From the NCBI RefSeq assembly GCF_006345805.1, contig NC_043019.1, positions 5,641,360 to 5,705,359 of the forward strand: DNA of 64,000 nucleotides. Direction: 5' to 3'. Origin of the DNA: Octopus sinensis. Its lineage: Eukaryota. Positions within the stretch are counted from its first letter, which is position 1; each line of letters opens with the position of its first letter. The position numbers were made by a program, and so were the translations under genes. The notes beneath the pieces are model-generated. The model worked only from the letters and a program-made list of their open reading frames with translations. It was not told where the DNA came from and made no database searches. Below, in pieces: positions 1 through 12,658 of this stretch.

Positions 1-180
1 CCCCACCGCCATCATCATCATCATCATCATCCTCACCAGCATTGCCAATACTATCACCACCACCACTACCACCACAACAACAACAAAATCATCGTCGTCA
101 TCACCACTACCAGTTGTCATATAATTAGTCTGGTGACTCAGTTAAGTCGCTTTCCCCTCCTACTCAATTGCTTGCATTAA

Positions 181-184
181 ATAA

Positions 185-218
<34 letters not shown>

Positions 219-260
219 ACACACACACACGCACGCACACACACACACACACACACACAC
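181..260. repeat. (CA)n microsatellite
   Basis: Direct run of CA dinucleotides with a few CG interruptions; representative of dozens of microsatellites in the window. Confidence 0.98.
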
Positions 261-1065
261 AACCAAGAATCTTTAATTCCTATTAGCTCTGGTCGGTCCT
301 CAATTTAATGTGTGTCTCTACTGATAACGTCCCTACATATACAAGTACTTATACATACATTCATTCATGCACATGTATGTATATGTGTATGTGTACACGC
401 AAACACACACACACATACATACACACACAGATTATATATATATATATATATATATACATATATAACCCCCCCATATATATATATATATATATAGATCGTT
501 TGAGTACGTCAACGTTTCAAGATTAGCCAAATAAAATCAGCATATATATATATATATATATATAAACACACATACACATAATACACACACACATACACAT
601 ACACACATATATATACAAACACATACACATAATACACACATACACACACACACATATATATATATATACACACATATAATTGTAATATATATATATTATA
701 TATATATATAATAATATATATATATATCACACACATTCACATAATACACACCACACATATATACACCATATAATATAATATATATATATTATATATATAT
801 ATATATATAAAATGAGCTCAGAGAAATAACCTAGAGTGGCCAGTAGTGTGTAGTTAAACCAGAGAGATGAATGAGGTTATATTGACTCACAAGATAAACT
901 GTTGTTGTAATGAAATAATTTCCTCCTCTTCCAGAGAAGGGGAGGACAATCACTTAATGGCAGTTGGTACCAACACTAAATGCGAAGAAGAGATAAGATT
1001 TCTCCAAAATTGACCTGCCATTATGGAAAAGGCAGTCTAATTGTCCGAAAATGAGAGGAAAGTTT

Positions 1066-1105
1066 TTGCACGTGTTTCTGCCTCAACAGGCCTCATCAGC
1101 ACAGT
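1066..1105 (-). ncRNA. Degenerate type I hammerhead ribozyme motif (Penelope-like element remnant)
   Basis: Minus strand CTGATGA-GGCCT-GTTG-AGGCA-GAAAC-ACGTGC; core intact, but the U16.1 position and 3' strand of stem I are mutated. Confidence 0.55.
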
Positions 1106-1516
1106 GATTGTCCAACCTTGGCGTCAGCAGAGGACACAGACATACAAAATGAGAAGACATCTATGGCATGGGTAATTTGCATAAATGAGGTGAAAATGTC
1201 TTTTTCATAATGTGCTCTACTCTTGTACGTGTGTGGGTGTGTGCATAATATATATAAATATATATATATATATATAAGATATATATATATATATATCTAT
1301 ATATATATATATATAATATAATATATAGATAAATTATCACAAAAAACAAAAACAAAAACAAAAAAAACAACGCAAGGACGTGGAACAAATAAAGTATTAT
1401 TGGACGCTCAGGAAAGAAGTGATATATGTATATATCTATATATATATCTATATATATATTATATATGTATGTATGTAGTGTGTGTAAATATATATATATA
1501 CACGCATACATACACA

Positions 1517-1650
1517 TACATGTTGGGGCAAAATTCACGCACCAAAATTAAAACAACATATATTGCACATTTCTAAAATTGAATAATAATAATGTCAATG
1601 TAATGTTGAATGTCAAATGCTTTGGTGCGTGAGTTTAGGCCCACCCTGTA
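1517..1650. mobile_element. 134-bp Tc1/mariner-type MITE
   Basis: Imperfect TIRs TACATGTTGGGGCAAAATTCACGCACCAAA / TTTGGTGCGTGAGTTTAGGCCCACCCTGTA with TA at both ends. Confidence 0.75.
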
Positions 1651-1968
1651 TACCTTTACTTGTTTCACTCATTAGACTGTGGCCATACTGGGGCACTGCT
1701 TTGAAGAATTTTTAGAGGAAAGACAGATAGATTGTAAATGAATCAATGAATCTCTGCACTGAGATTAATCAGTATCCAGCTGTTTGATTAACTCAGGTGT
1801 TCTCTACCAGGGATAAGTGTACCCCTAGGTACACTTATGCAAAAGAAATTGTAGGGATGCAACTTGTGCTTTTACTAAGTGTGTGGAGAACTTTTTGCAG
1901 TTCCCATCTACTTCTAGGAGTTGATTCTATGCAAATACTGGGAAAAGAAGCAATGTAAAGTTGAACAT

Positions 1969-2130
1969 GACACAGGTGTGGCTGTGTGGTAAGTAGCTTG
2001 CTTACCAATCACATGGTTCTGGGTTCAGTCCCACTGCATGGTACCTTGGGCAAGTGTCTTCTGCTATAGCCGCGGGCCAACCAAAGCCTTATGAGTGGAT
2101 TTGGTAGATGGAAACTGAAAGAAGCCTGTC

Positions 2131-2184
<54 letters not shown>

Positions 2185-2405
2185 GTGTGTGTATATGGTT
2201 GTGTGTGTGTTTGTCCCCCAACATCGCTTGACAACTGATGCTGGTGTTTTTACGTCCCTGTAACTTAGCGGTTCGGCAAAAGAGACTAATAGAATAAGTA
2301 CTAGGCTTACAAAGAATAAGTCCTGGGGTCGATTTGCTTGACTAAAGGCAGTGCTCCAGCATGGCCACAGTCAAATGACTGAAACAAGTAAAGAGAGTAA
2401 AAGAG
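1969..2405 (+). mobile_element. SINE family A, full length
   Basis: tRNA-like head (A box TGGCTGTGTGGT, B box GGTTCAGTCCC), CORE-like ACCTTGGGCAAGT, internal (TA)n(TG)n, 3' body, (AAAGAGT)n tail; about 15 copies in window. Confidence 0.92.
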
Positions 2406-3159
2406 AAAACAGCATGTGTTTATTGCCTGTTCTAGGAAACCCAACTGTTTTACACTGTTATATACTTCAAATAGGGAACACACCAACACTACTGGACATG
2501 ACGAAGGGGTACACCAATACAGCTGGAAGGGGTACACCAATACTGCCAGGCATGATGGACAGGTATCCCAAAACTGCTTGACATGATGACGGGGTCCATC
2601 AATACTGTTAGACACAGTGAAGAAGTATGCACAAAGAAACAGTTCGAGGGCCTGCAGATTAACTGAACTGCTCATTGAATAAGTGGCTGAGTATTTCACA
2701 GACATGTGTGTCTGTAACAGAATAGTCAAGTAGAAGCAGTGTTATGTCGTGTGACAAGGCAATATCTTTTCAGTTACAAATCTAATGGGCTTCCATAGAA
2801 TTTGTCAACTCACTTTCACTGCCAATTCAATACAGGGCCTTTGTCCAAGAGGCTGGGCAGTGGAATTGAATCCAGAAACCATTCAGCCACACAAACACAC
2901 ATTCAAAGAAATGCATTAGCGATAATGGTGGTTGCATCTTGGTGGTGGTGGTGGTGGTGGTGGTGTTGGTGGTGGTGTGGCTATTAATAGTTGTGTTGGT
3001 TTCGTTGATGTTCTAGACAGATATTAAATCATGTCTTCAGGCCATCATGATTGCAACAATCAACAAGTCTCCATTGTTTTGTCCTGACCCAGACTTCTGC
3101 ACAGACAGCTTACTGTTGCTGCTAGCGGTGGTGGTAGAGCAAGAAATTTTGAAAACTGA

Positions 3160-3204
3160 AATTAACTCACAGGTACATATACATGCATATATATATATAT
3201 ATAT

Positions 3205-3279
<75 letters not shown>

Positions 3280-3358
3280 ATATATATATATATATATTTA
3301 TAATAAATATAATTATATATATAATATATATGTATATATAATATATATATATATATAT

Positions 3359-3390
<32 letters not shown>

Positions 3391-3530
3391 CATGTATATA
3401 TATATGCATATAGCATATATATATATATATTTATATATCTATATACATGCTTATTTATATACATACACATGCATATTCATATATATATACACACACATAT
3501 ACATACATACACACACATATATATGTAAAA
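3160..3530. repeat. Compound (TA)n/(TACA)n microsatellite
   Basis: Direct sequence; source of the YIYIYI pseudo-ORFs. Confidence 0.97.
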
Positions 3531-3769
3531 AAATTTTTTTCTTGATGAGATAAAAAAACCAAGTTCTAAAATCTACATAGCTTTAGTTTTTTTATCTCAT
3601 TACGCAAAAAAAAAAATTATATACACACGCTGATATATGACCTAAGTTGGACCCTTTATTTGCATAATCACCGAATCTGGAATTTAACCTGAATATATAC
3701 ATATTATATATATACATATGTGTGTGTGTGTGTGTGTGTATAAAGTTAATCCAAACAGGAAAACACAAA

Positions 3770-3915
3770 GAGAAAACACGACAATGCGAGGACATGGTAC
3801 AAGTATAGTATTATTGGACTCTCAGAAAAGATGGAGGGTTTAACGTTTCAAGCAGAGCTCTTCATCAGAAACATAGGAAGACGGAGGAAAAAAAATAGCC
3901 AACGGTACGCACAAT
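3770..3915 (-). mobile_element. Short HHR-bearing Penelope-like mini-element
   Basis: Homologous to 45525-45695 and to the fragment at 1370-1410; contains the HHR at 3838-3872. Confidence 0.7.
3838..3872 (-). ncRNA. Minimal type I hammerhead ribozyme (loop-less palindromic stem III, dimer type)
   Basis: GTTT-CTGATGA-A-GAGC-TCT-GCTT-GAAAC-GTT-AAAC; stem I GTTT/AAAC, predicted GUU triplet. Confidence 0.7.
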
Positions 3916-4010
3916 ATATATATATTATATATATATATATATAATACACCTGTATACATATATGTGTATATACATATATATATATATATATATATTTATT
4001 ATATAGAAGG

Positions 4011-4061
4011 AGCTTCTACAGGACTAGAACTGTTTCATTCAAGAGAAATCATCAGGAAGCT
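4011..4061 (-). ncRNA. Near-intact type I hammerhead ribozyme embedded in (TA)n
   Basis: AGCTTC-CTGATGA-TTTC-TCTT-GAAT-GAAA-CAG-TTCTAGTC-CTG-TA-GAAGCT: 6-bp stem I, full core, ACAG/CTGT stem III, GUA triplet; U.U mismatch at pair 10.1-11.1. Confidence 0.82.
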
Positions 4062-4493
4062 GATATATATATATATATTATATATATATATATATGTATA
4101 TATATGTTCAAATATGTACAGATACATGTATTCATATATATGCATATGCATATATATATATTGGCAAGTGTAAATTGACAATATATTAATAAATTGATGG
4201 TTACCTGATAAAAATCTCCATTTTCCTCTTTATCAAATACTATATTAAATTATACCTATTTATATGCAAATTGAATCAAACATCTATAAAAAAGTACCTG
4301 AACTCCATAGTGTGTTTAACATTGGTGGCCATTAAATAATGAACACCAACTCTACTATGCAAAACAGGACTCCGGAGAATTTCATCGATACATAGGATTA
4401 AACTGGGGAGACTTCGATGTAAACATCCCTCTTAAGAGGAATCTATATCTTCCCAATAACATATATATGTATATACATATACACACACATATA

Positions 4494-4527
<34 letters not shown>

Positions 4528-5599
4528 TGCATATATACATATATATAAATATACACACACACACACACATATATTATATATGCATATATATATATGTTTG
4601 TATACATGTAAATGCATATATATTATATATATATATATATAATATATATATATATTATGCATTTACATGTATACATACATATGCACAAACACACACATGC
4701 ATACACATATACACACACACATATATATAGATACACACACACAAATGACTACTATACTAAACTGTCCCACCTTTTAGCCCCTGATTGAATAGACAGAAAA
4801 CTACACAGCAGTGGCGAAATCAGCATCTTAATGTGTGTGTGTTTGCATGTGTGTGAGTGTGCAAAAATGCATGCATGTACACATACATTTTCTGACTATT
4901 TATAAATCACCATCATCATCATAATCACATCATCATCATCACCACCAAAATTTTTGTTCGTTGCCATCTGGGATAATTTTAATAACAAATCCAACAGATA
5001 AGATACATTAAGAATTTCAATTTTAGTATTTATCCTTAATGTTATTACTTTTACACTTGCTAATTAAATTTACCTGCCCATAAAAGTTAAAAGAAAGAAA
5101 CAAGGAGGGAGGATTTGGGATTTGCTAGTAATAGCAGCCAGATCTCCTTTATATCACATTTTTTTTTATATATCACACTATTTTTTAAAACCAAAAATCT
5201 CTTAACTCGACAGCTGTTTCAGGAGACACAGAGTTATGCAATAGTCATAATAGTCATAACTTGCAGATGGGATATGCAAAAACTCTTGAGTATGGAGTCA
5301 GTAAACAGTCATACCGAGATATTATAATAAGTCCAACTTCTTTCATCAAGAGAAGGTCGGCAAAAGCAGTTCATATAACAGTGTCAGAAGTTTAAAGGGA
5401 GAGAGGAAATAGAACAAGAACAAAAGGCATGAAGAGGGAGGATTTCTATGATGCAGGGAGGAATGAATGGAGGTAGAATAGAAGAAACAGAGAGAGGAGG
5501 GGAGAGGGTAAAGTTGAAGTCAGTGAGGTGAAAGGAAACTCAGAGAGCAAAACCCTTTATTATGAAGAGAGAGAAAAGCTCCTGGGACTGCACAGAACA

Positions 5600-6830
5600 T
5601 TCTCCTCCACTGCTAATTAGGTTATCTATGTAACAAAAAAACCATCTACTGCATCTGAGAACTCACCTGAGAATCTATTTCTCATGTGCATTTAGTGTTT
5701 ACTGCATGTGCATATGCATCACATACAAAATCTGCTTTCTCTCTATTAACCTGCCCATCACTCCACTTCACCTTTTGCATGTCAATTGTTTGCACTGGTA
5801 TTCCTACATGGAATTTCTACCTACACTTTTTTTCTACATACCAAGCAAGCCGTTTCTCTGGTGGAATTGGTGATCTGTTCATCTTCCTGCTTACTAATAC
5901 TTTAGTCTTTGCCCAGGTAACTTTGGAGCAGTTTGATTCAGCACATAGAATTTTTCTAGACCCACTACATGTTCAGCTACAAAGGCAAGGCCATCAGTAG
6001 AAAGGAATTCCCACAAGTATAGGTGGAGTGGCTGTGTGGTAAGTAGCTTGTTTACCAACCACATGGTTCCGGGTTCAGTCCCACTGTGTGGCACCTTGGG
6101 CAAGTGTCTTCTACTATAGCCTCGGGCCGACCAAAGCCTTGTGAGTGGATTTGGTAGATGGAAACTGAAAGAAGCCTGTCGTATATATGTATATATATAT
6201 ATATATGCATGTGTGTGTTTGTCCCCCTAGCATTGCTTGAGAACCGATGCTGGTGTGTTTATGTCCCCGTTACTTAGCGGTTCGGCAAAAGAGACTGATA
6301 GAATAAGTACTGGGCTTACAAAAGAATAAGTCCCGGGGTCGAGTTGCTCGACTAAAGGCGGTGCTCCAGCATGGCCGCAGTCAGATGACTGAAACAAGTA
6401 AAAGAGTAAAAGAGAGAGTAAGCATCTGATCATAAACTTCCTTTGTTCTGGTACAGAAGATTATGAGAGAAGAGAACTAAGAACTGGGTTCTGGTGGATC
6501 CCTCCTACATATTGGATTTCTCATTGCACTTGTCGCTCTCATCTCCTGAACATGGTTTGTGTGGCTCTCACAAGCCATTTATTTCCTTGCTTCCTTAACA
6601 ACCACCAATTCACAGAAGGAGGGATCTCGCTGAAGGCTTTCTCCAGGTCAACGAATGCTGAGTACAGTAAAATACTCTTAGTTAAGTACTTTAGCAGCTG
6701 TTGACTAGAGAGATGACATCAGGAGTTCTTCCAACCATAAAGTCAAACTTGTATCTCATCTTGGCTAAGTCTCTTTCCAATTAGCAGAGCTAAAACTCTT
6801 TCTGCAGTTTTCATGTACGGTTGGCTGGTT
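5600..6830 (-). mobile_element. Decayed RTE-clade LINE, RT region, interrupted by SINE A
   Basis: Minus-strand remnants AFVDLEKAF..IP, WWLLRKQG, KTKVLVSRK with stops and frameshifts. Confidence 0.8.
6021..6420 (+). mobile_element. SINE family A, full length
   Basis: Same head, internal microsatellite and tail as 1969-2405. Confidence 0.93.
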
Positions 6831-6927
6831 GGCAGGTAAGTGAATATGTAGGAAAGTAATGTATGAATATATGTTAAGCATATTAAATAAACACACATTC
6901 GTACCCATACATCACATACGTATATAT

Positions 6928-7157
6928 CTTTCTTTACTACCCACAAGGTACTACACACAGAGAGGACAAACAAGGACAGACAAACGGATTAAGTCGATTA
7001 TATCGACCCCAGTGCGTAACTGGTACTTATTTAATCGACCCCGCAAGGATGAAAGGCAAAGTCGACCTCGGCGGAATTTGAACTCAGAACGTAGCAGCAG
7101 ACGAAATATCGGTAAGCACTTCACTCGGCGTGCTAACAATTCTGCCAGCTCGCTGCC
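6928..7157 (-). mobile_element. SINE family B
   Basis: Head GGCAGCGAGCTGGCAGAA..., B-box-like GAGTTCAAATTCC, central GCCTTTCATCCTTGCGGGGTCGAT (recalls Deu/Nin-type core, unverified); multiple copies in window. Confidence 0.85.
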
Positions 7158-7299
7158 TTCACTAACATACATCACATACATATATAGCTCTATGTACACA
7201 TACACAGAAAACTATGCAAAATTATCCTTATACTCAACATGTTTTAATCTAAATGAAGATGATAAATTTATATAATTAGTTTAATTGTTACTAGACGAG

Positions 7300-8193
7300 C
7301 TAATATAATTAGCAATAATTATCTGAACTGTTGCCAAAGTAACGAAGCTAAAGTACACGGAATTAAGTTGCTCAGCAAAGATTGACCTTGGACTCTGCTG
7401 TGCATGTGCACTAAGTTTCACATTGTAGCTTACTTCTGCTGTTTACAGCAGTGCTTGGAAGGAAGGTGTGTAGCAAGTGATTGTCGTATTGTTCGTGACA
7501 AAGTTGTCATGGCGACACCTGCTCAGAGGCCTACGCAAAGTTGCAGAAAGTGTATGGAGAGGAGTGTATGAGCCATACACAAGTGTACGAGTGGTTCGGA
7601 CGTTTCCAAGATGGCCGAAAATATGTCGATATTGACGAACGTTCTGTGAGACCCGCAACCAACAGAACTGAAAAATACATCACAGATGGGCATGCAGCAG
7701 TGAGGGGAAATTGTTGAATCACCATCCGTGAGTTATCGGAGGATGTTCAGATTAGTTACAGTTTGGTTCAGTCCATTATCACTGAAGATTTGGGTGTGAG
7801 ACTGGTGTCTTCCAAGTTTGTGCCAAAGCTGCTTTCAAGTGATCAGAAAGATACTTGGGTTTCAGTTGCACAAGATCTTCTTGGTTGTGTCAAGAACGAT
7901 GAATACTTTTTGAAAACTTTTCATAGGCTTCTGAGCAGATATCTCAAAGCTTTTGGAAAAAATTTGATGCAGATTCTCGGCTCAACTTTCTCTGTCATGG
8001 TCAATATGACAATCCCACACTACACACCTTCCTTCCAAGCACTGCTGTTAACAGTAGAAGTGAGCTAGAATGTTAAAACTTAGTGTGCATGCACAGCAGA
8101 GTTTATGGTCAATCTGTACCAAGTGGCCTCAATCTGTGTGCTTTAGCTTCGTTACCATGGCAACAGTCCGGATACTATTGATCAGACCACATA
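7300..8193. mobile_element. Non-autonomous mariner derivative built from two inverted 5' ends
   Basis: Plus strand encodes mariner N-terminus (EAYAKLQKVYGEECMSHTQVYEWFGRF...KFVPKLL); the right ~280 bp is an inverted second copy of the 5' end including the start MTEKVEPRICIKF. Confidence 0.8.
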
Positions 8194-8245
8194 TCCTGAT
8201 GAATAAAAATTTGCATAGATTTGTAAAATGTTAAACCATTATAAA

Positions 8246-9087
8246 TACAGGGAGCAGTGAATAAATTGTCGTCTAAATTACACAAAAATGGAAATAACAC
8301 TGACATCTCATTGTAACTGATACTTTTACCAAAATTACTTAAAAATATCTTGAAATACTAAAGTGTAAATTTATTCAATAAAATCGCCACCGGCTTCAAC
8401 CATGGCCTCCAGGCGACTTCAGAATCTCCTTTAAATCTTCTGGATGGTCTCTTTGTTTAAGCTGTTGAATGCTGCCATAATCTTTGCCTCCAGTTCATCT
8501 TTGGTGATACAAGGAGTTTTGTTGGTCTTTTACTCAACTACACCAAACACATAATAATCAAGGGGGTTGAAGTCTGTGGAATCAGGTGGCCAGTTGTTAG
8601 GGGTGATGTGGTTGCAGAAATTGTCTGACAGCCATGACTGGGTTCTACTTGTGTGGCATGGTGCAGAGTCTTGTTGCCAGCCATTGGGACTTCCAGCAGC
8701 CACCTTCTTGACCCAGGGCAGCACTACCTCCTCCAGACACTTGATGCATGCTTCGGTGTTGAGTTTGAGGCCGTATGGAAAGATGAACGGAGGCATAACA
8801 TCACCATCACTAGTGATCACTCCAAACATCATGATGTTAACTGGATGTTTGATTTTTCTCACTCTTGGTACATGTCTGTATTGGAGCTTCTGTTGCAAAT
8901 GGCAAGCAGCACAGTATGTTGTTTCCAAATTTCTGGCAGAGTGAATTGCATCATGGTGCTGTTTTTCTCACAGATGGTGCCCAACTGACCCTACTATACT
9001 ATGTAGTCGACAAAATCAAAAGCAAACAATGCACATGCGTGAAACTGAAAATATAAAATGGCAAACATTTATCCATTGCACCCTGTA
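8246..9087 (-). mobile_element. Internally deleted maT/DD37D-like Tc1-mariner element
   Basis: TIRs TACAGGGAGCAGTGAATAAATT / ATTTATCCATTGCACCCTGTA; ORF 8530-8928 has WQQDSAPCH...WPPDSTDFNPLDYYVFG. Confidence 0.88.
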
Positions 9088-9689
9088 TTATTTAGACCTA
9101 GTTTCCTAACTTTCATTACATCTTTGATGCTACCACACGCATACATTAAATACACATAAACATGAACATACACATATGCATGCGTGTGCACATGCACACA
9201 TACCTGATTAGTATACATCCACTCTGCAATCTGCATCCAACGAGACACTCGACATGAAATTCAATAATGCCACGGTAAACAAATACATTCACGGAAACCT
9301 TCGCCTACGTACACACAAATATCCCCACACAAACACACAGACTTCACATACATACACACCTTACATATACACCCCATACACTTACATACCATACACTGAT
9401 ACCCACCCACCCACACAACCAATAAATATTAATGAATCTTAAATAGAAACGAAATTTCATCGTTAGTAATTGTGGTAATTAACTCCATTAACTGTGATTG
9501 ACTGTGTTATAGGTGTCAGTACCTACCTCACAACTAATCTATCAACAGTGGGGAGATAACTACATTGAATAATGTGAGATAATTAATTGTGTCAGCACCT
9601 GCTGCACTGGTGAAGGTCTAACTTAATAGCCCCACACAGCGATTGTTTTAAGTCGTATTTGGGGATAGCATAACACACTTCAGTAGGGA

Positions 9690-9960
9690 GTTGTTGTTGG
9701 CTCAAATGTATTGCAGTGTCAATGGATTGCTTGGTATGTCACAGAGAAATTTGTCTGGGTACCTTTTGGAAGTCTTTCAGGATAATGTTGAACAGTGCAG
9801 GACCAGTTGAGGTTAAAAGGAAAAAGGATGTCTCAGTGCTGTTATTTGATGTGAGCTCAGTTTTTACAGGAGCCAAGTAACACAAGGCCTAGATTTGTGT
9901 GAACTTGAAATTGGCATCATTTGTATCAATTGTATTGTGCTGATGGAATATTTTTCACAT
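9690..9960 (-). mobile_element. Possible decayed LINE 3' fragment
   Basis: Minus-strand remnants GPALFNII and DKFLCDIPSNP..ANNNSLL resemble C-termini of invertebrate CR1/I-group LINEs. Confidence 0.4.
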
Positions 9961-9993
9961 TGTATAAATGATGTAGTGCTGGAGGCAACATCC

Positions 9994-10280
9994 TCATCAT
10001 CATCATCATCATCGTTTAACATCCACTTTCAATGCTAGCATGGGTTGGACGATTTGACTGAGGTCTGGCGAACCAGATGGCTGCACCAGACTCCAATCTG
10101 ATCTGGCAGAGTTTCTACAGCTGGATGGATGCCCTTCCTAATGCCAACCACTCCGAGAGTGTAGTGGGCGATTTTACGTGCCACCGGCACGAGGGCTAGT
10201 CAGGCGGTACTGGCAACGACCTCGCTCGAATGTTTTTTCATGTGCCACCAGCAGGAGTGCCAGTAAGGCGACAATGTTAA
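9994..10280 (-). mobile_element. Repeat family C ((GAT)n-tailed retroposon), 5' truncated
   Basis: GTTGGCATTAGGAAGGGCATCCA core, CCAACCCATGCTAGC hairpin, (GAT)n tail; more than 10 copies in window. Confidence 0.88.
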
Positions 10281-10568
10281 AAACAGAGTATATATATATA
10301 TATATGCGTGTGTGTGTGTGTATGTGTGGTATGTTACAAAGTATCTGTATGTATGTGTATGAAATTCAGAGAAAAAGAAGTGATTTACAATTCCTTGAAG
10401 TATAAAACAGTCAAACTTGGATATGTTGCTATGGTGGCCAATGATGTACACATACACACATATACACGCACAGATATATTTGCATACACATACACATGTA
10501 AATATACATACACATATACAATATATACACTCTTATAAACATACACACATATATATACACACATACAA

Positions 10569-10599
<31 letters not shown>

Positions 10600-11302
10600 T
10601 GTATATATATGTGTGTGTGTGTGTGTACATTTGCACATACGCACACACATATATATATACACATTTGCGCACATATACACACACATATACGCACATTTAC
10701 ACACACATATATACGCACATACATGCACACACATACATGCACACTTATCATGAATGGACAAGATTTATTTTTCTTTTGTTCTGTAAACATTGGATCAACT
10801 TTTCAATAGTGTAACAAGTTCCTGACAACACCCAACCTACTGGGTGTATAGAGGTGGGTGTAAATAGGTATGTGTGTGTGTTGTGTATAAGCAAACATTA
10901 GCAGATCCATATATATATATATATATATAATAAACACACACTCACTCGCACATATATCTACAATGGTCTTCTTCTAGTTTCTGGTCACCGAATTCCACTA
11001 ACAAGCTATTTTGGTCAACTCATGTTTCTAATAGAGAAACCCCTACCCTCGGTTGATAGTGTCCATGTAGTGGAAGTGAACCCCAAACTATGTGATTCCA
11101 AAATGAACTTCTTAACCACACAGCCATGCCTTCTGTGCCTGCCCTCAATAATAACATTCCTGAAGATACAAAAACATGCTCAAGGGTTGAATGGTTTTCA
11201 TCTTAGGTTTGCTTGACCAAGACTGACCTGAAGCTGCATCACTGCACAACCTTGCACAGCAACAGAATGCATTACAGTATATAATGCATGGGGAGGAGAT
11301 GA

Positions 11303-11570
11303 CCCCTTCGGTCATGAATGACCATGGGATTGCACCTAGAAATTTACCCACCGAGGCACAAGTCTGGGCAAGGTTATTTGCATCACAGAGCTCCAGTAGC
11401 ATTATTCCCTTTTCATTTCAGGAGCCAATTCCATGGCCCCTATGCTCACCATGGAAGATACCAGGCTGCCGTCTGCCATGCTCATTGAAATCTCCAGCCA
11501 CAAAGAGGAGATCATTGTCATACCATGCCAGCATGGAAAGCAGATGTTACATGATGATGATGATGATCAT
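11303..11570. mobile_element. Chimera: SINE D tail + RTE endonuclease fragment + family C tail
   Basis: 11303-11378 matches 36725-36800; 11375-11523 matches 14885-15047; ends with CATGCCAGCATGGAAAGC..(GAT)n. Confidence 0.7.
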
Positions 11571-11759
11571 CATATATATGTATATATATATATATATATA
11601 TATACACGACAAGCTTCTTTCAGTTTCCATCTACCAAATCCACTCTGAAGGCTTTGGTCAGTCCAAGACCATAGTAGAAGACACTTGCCCAAGGTGCCAT
11701 GCAGCGGGACTGAACCCAGAACTATGTAGCTGGGAAGGAAACTTCTTAGCACACACACT

Positions 11760-11826
<67 letters not shown>

Positions 11827-12289
11827 ACACACACACACACACTCTACATTGGATATCCAGTATTCCTACTTGTTAGGGTGTTTAGTTCTCCTCTTTGGGG
11901 TATTCAGTTCTGCTATTTAGAGTGTTCCCTACTCCATAGTACCCCCATTTAAGTTTATGTAAATATTCCTCTTTAGATTGGGTAGATGTCAGGTTAGTGT
12001 GTTTAGTACTCCGATAAGGGTGGCAGGACATAAAATAATGAAACATGGTGAAGATATTGGGAACTGGGCTGTGATGGAGGAACAGGGGTGGTTGGTGTTT
12101 GTTAATTGTTAAGTGGTGAAGGGGTTAGGAACAACAAAGGGGGAAGGGAGAGATGAAGTGGGGAGGGAGAGAGCAAAGATAAATATTTATATGGAAGAAA
12201 GTAGCTTAAGGTGTGGGTAAGGTAGGGCTTAAAAAAACGGATAAGTTAGGGAGGTGGGGCTTGTTCATTTTATCAAAATGAATATCGCA

Positions 12290-12322
<33 letters not shown>

Positions 12323-12415
12323 TGATGTCAGTGGTCTCTCTAAACTGTGCACTTGTGACCCCTGCACACGGTTCTTTTCAACTGGGGCACAAAGTTTTCA
12401 AGGTTTATATACTTT

Positions 12416-12623
12416 CTTACTCTTTTACTTGTTTCAGTCATTTGACTGCGGCCATACTGGAGCACCACCTTTTAGTTGAGCAAATCGACCCCAGGACTTA
12501 TTCTTTGTGAGCCTAGTACTTATTCTATCGGTCTCTTTTTGCCGAACCGCTAAGTTACGGGAACATAAACACACCAACATCGGTTGTCAAGCAATGTTGG
12601 GGGATAAACACAGACACACAAAT

Positions 12624-12658
<35 letters not shown>

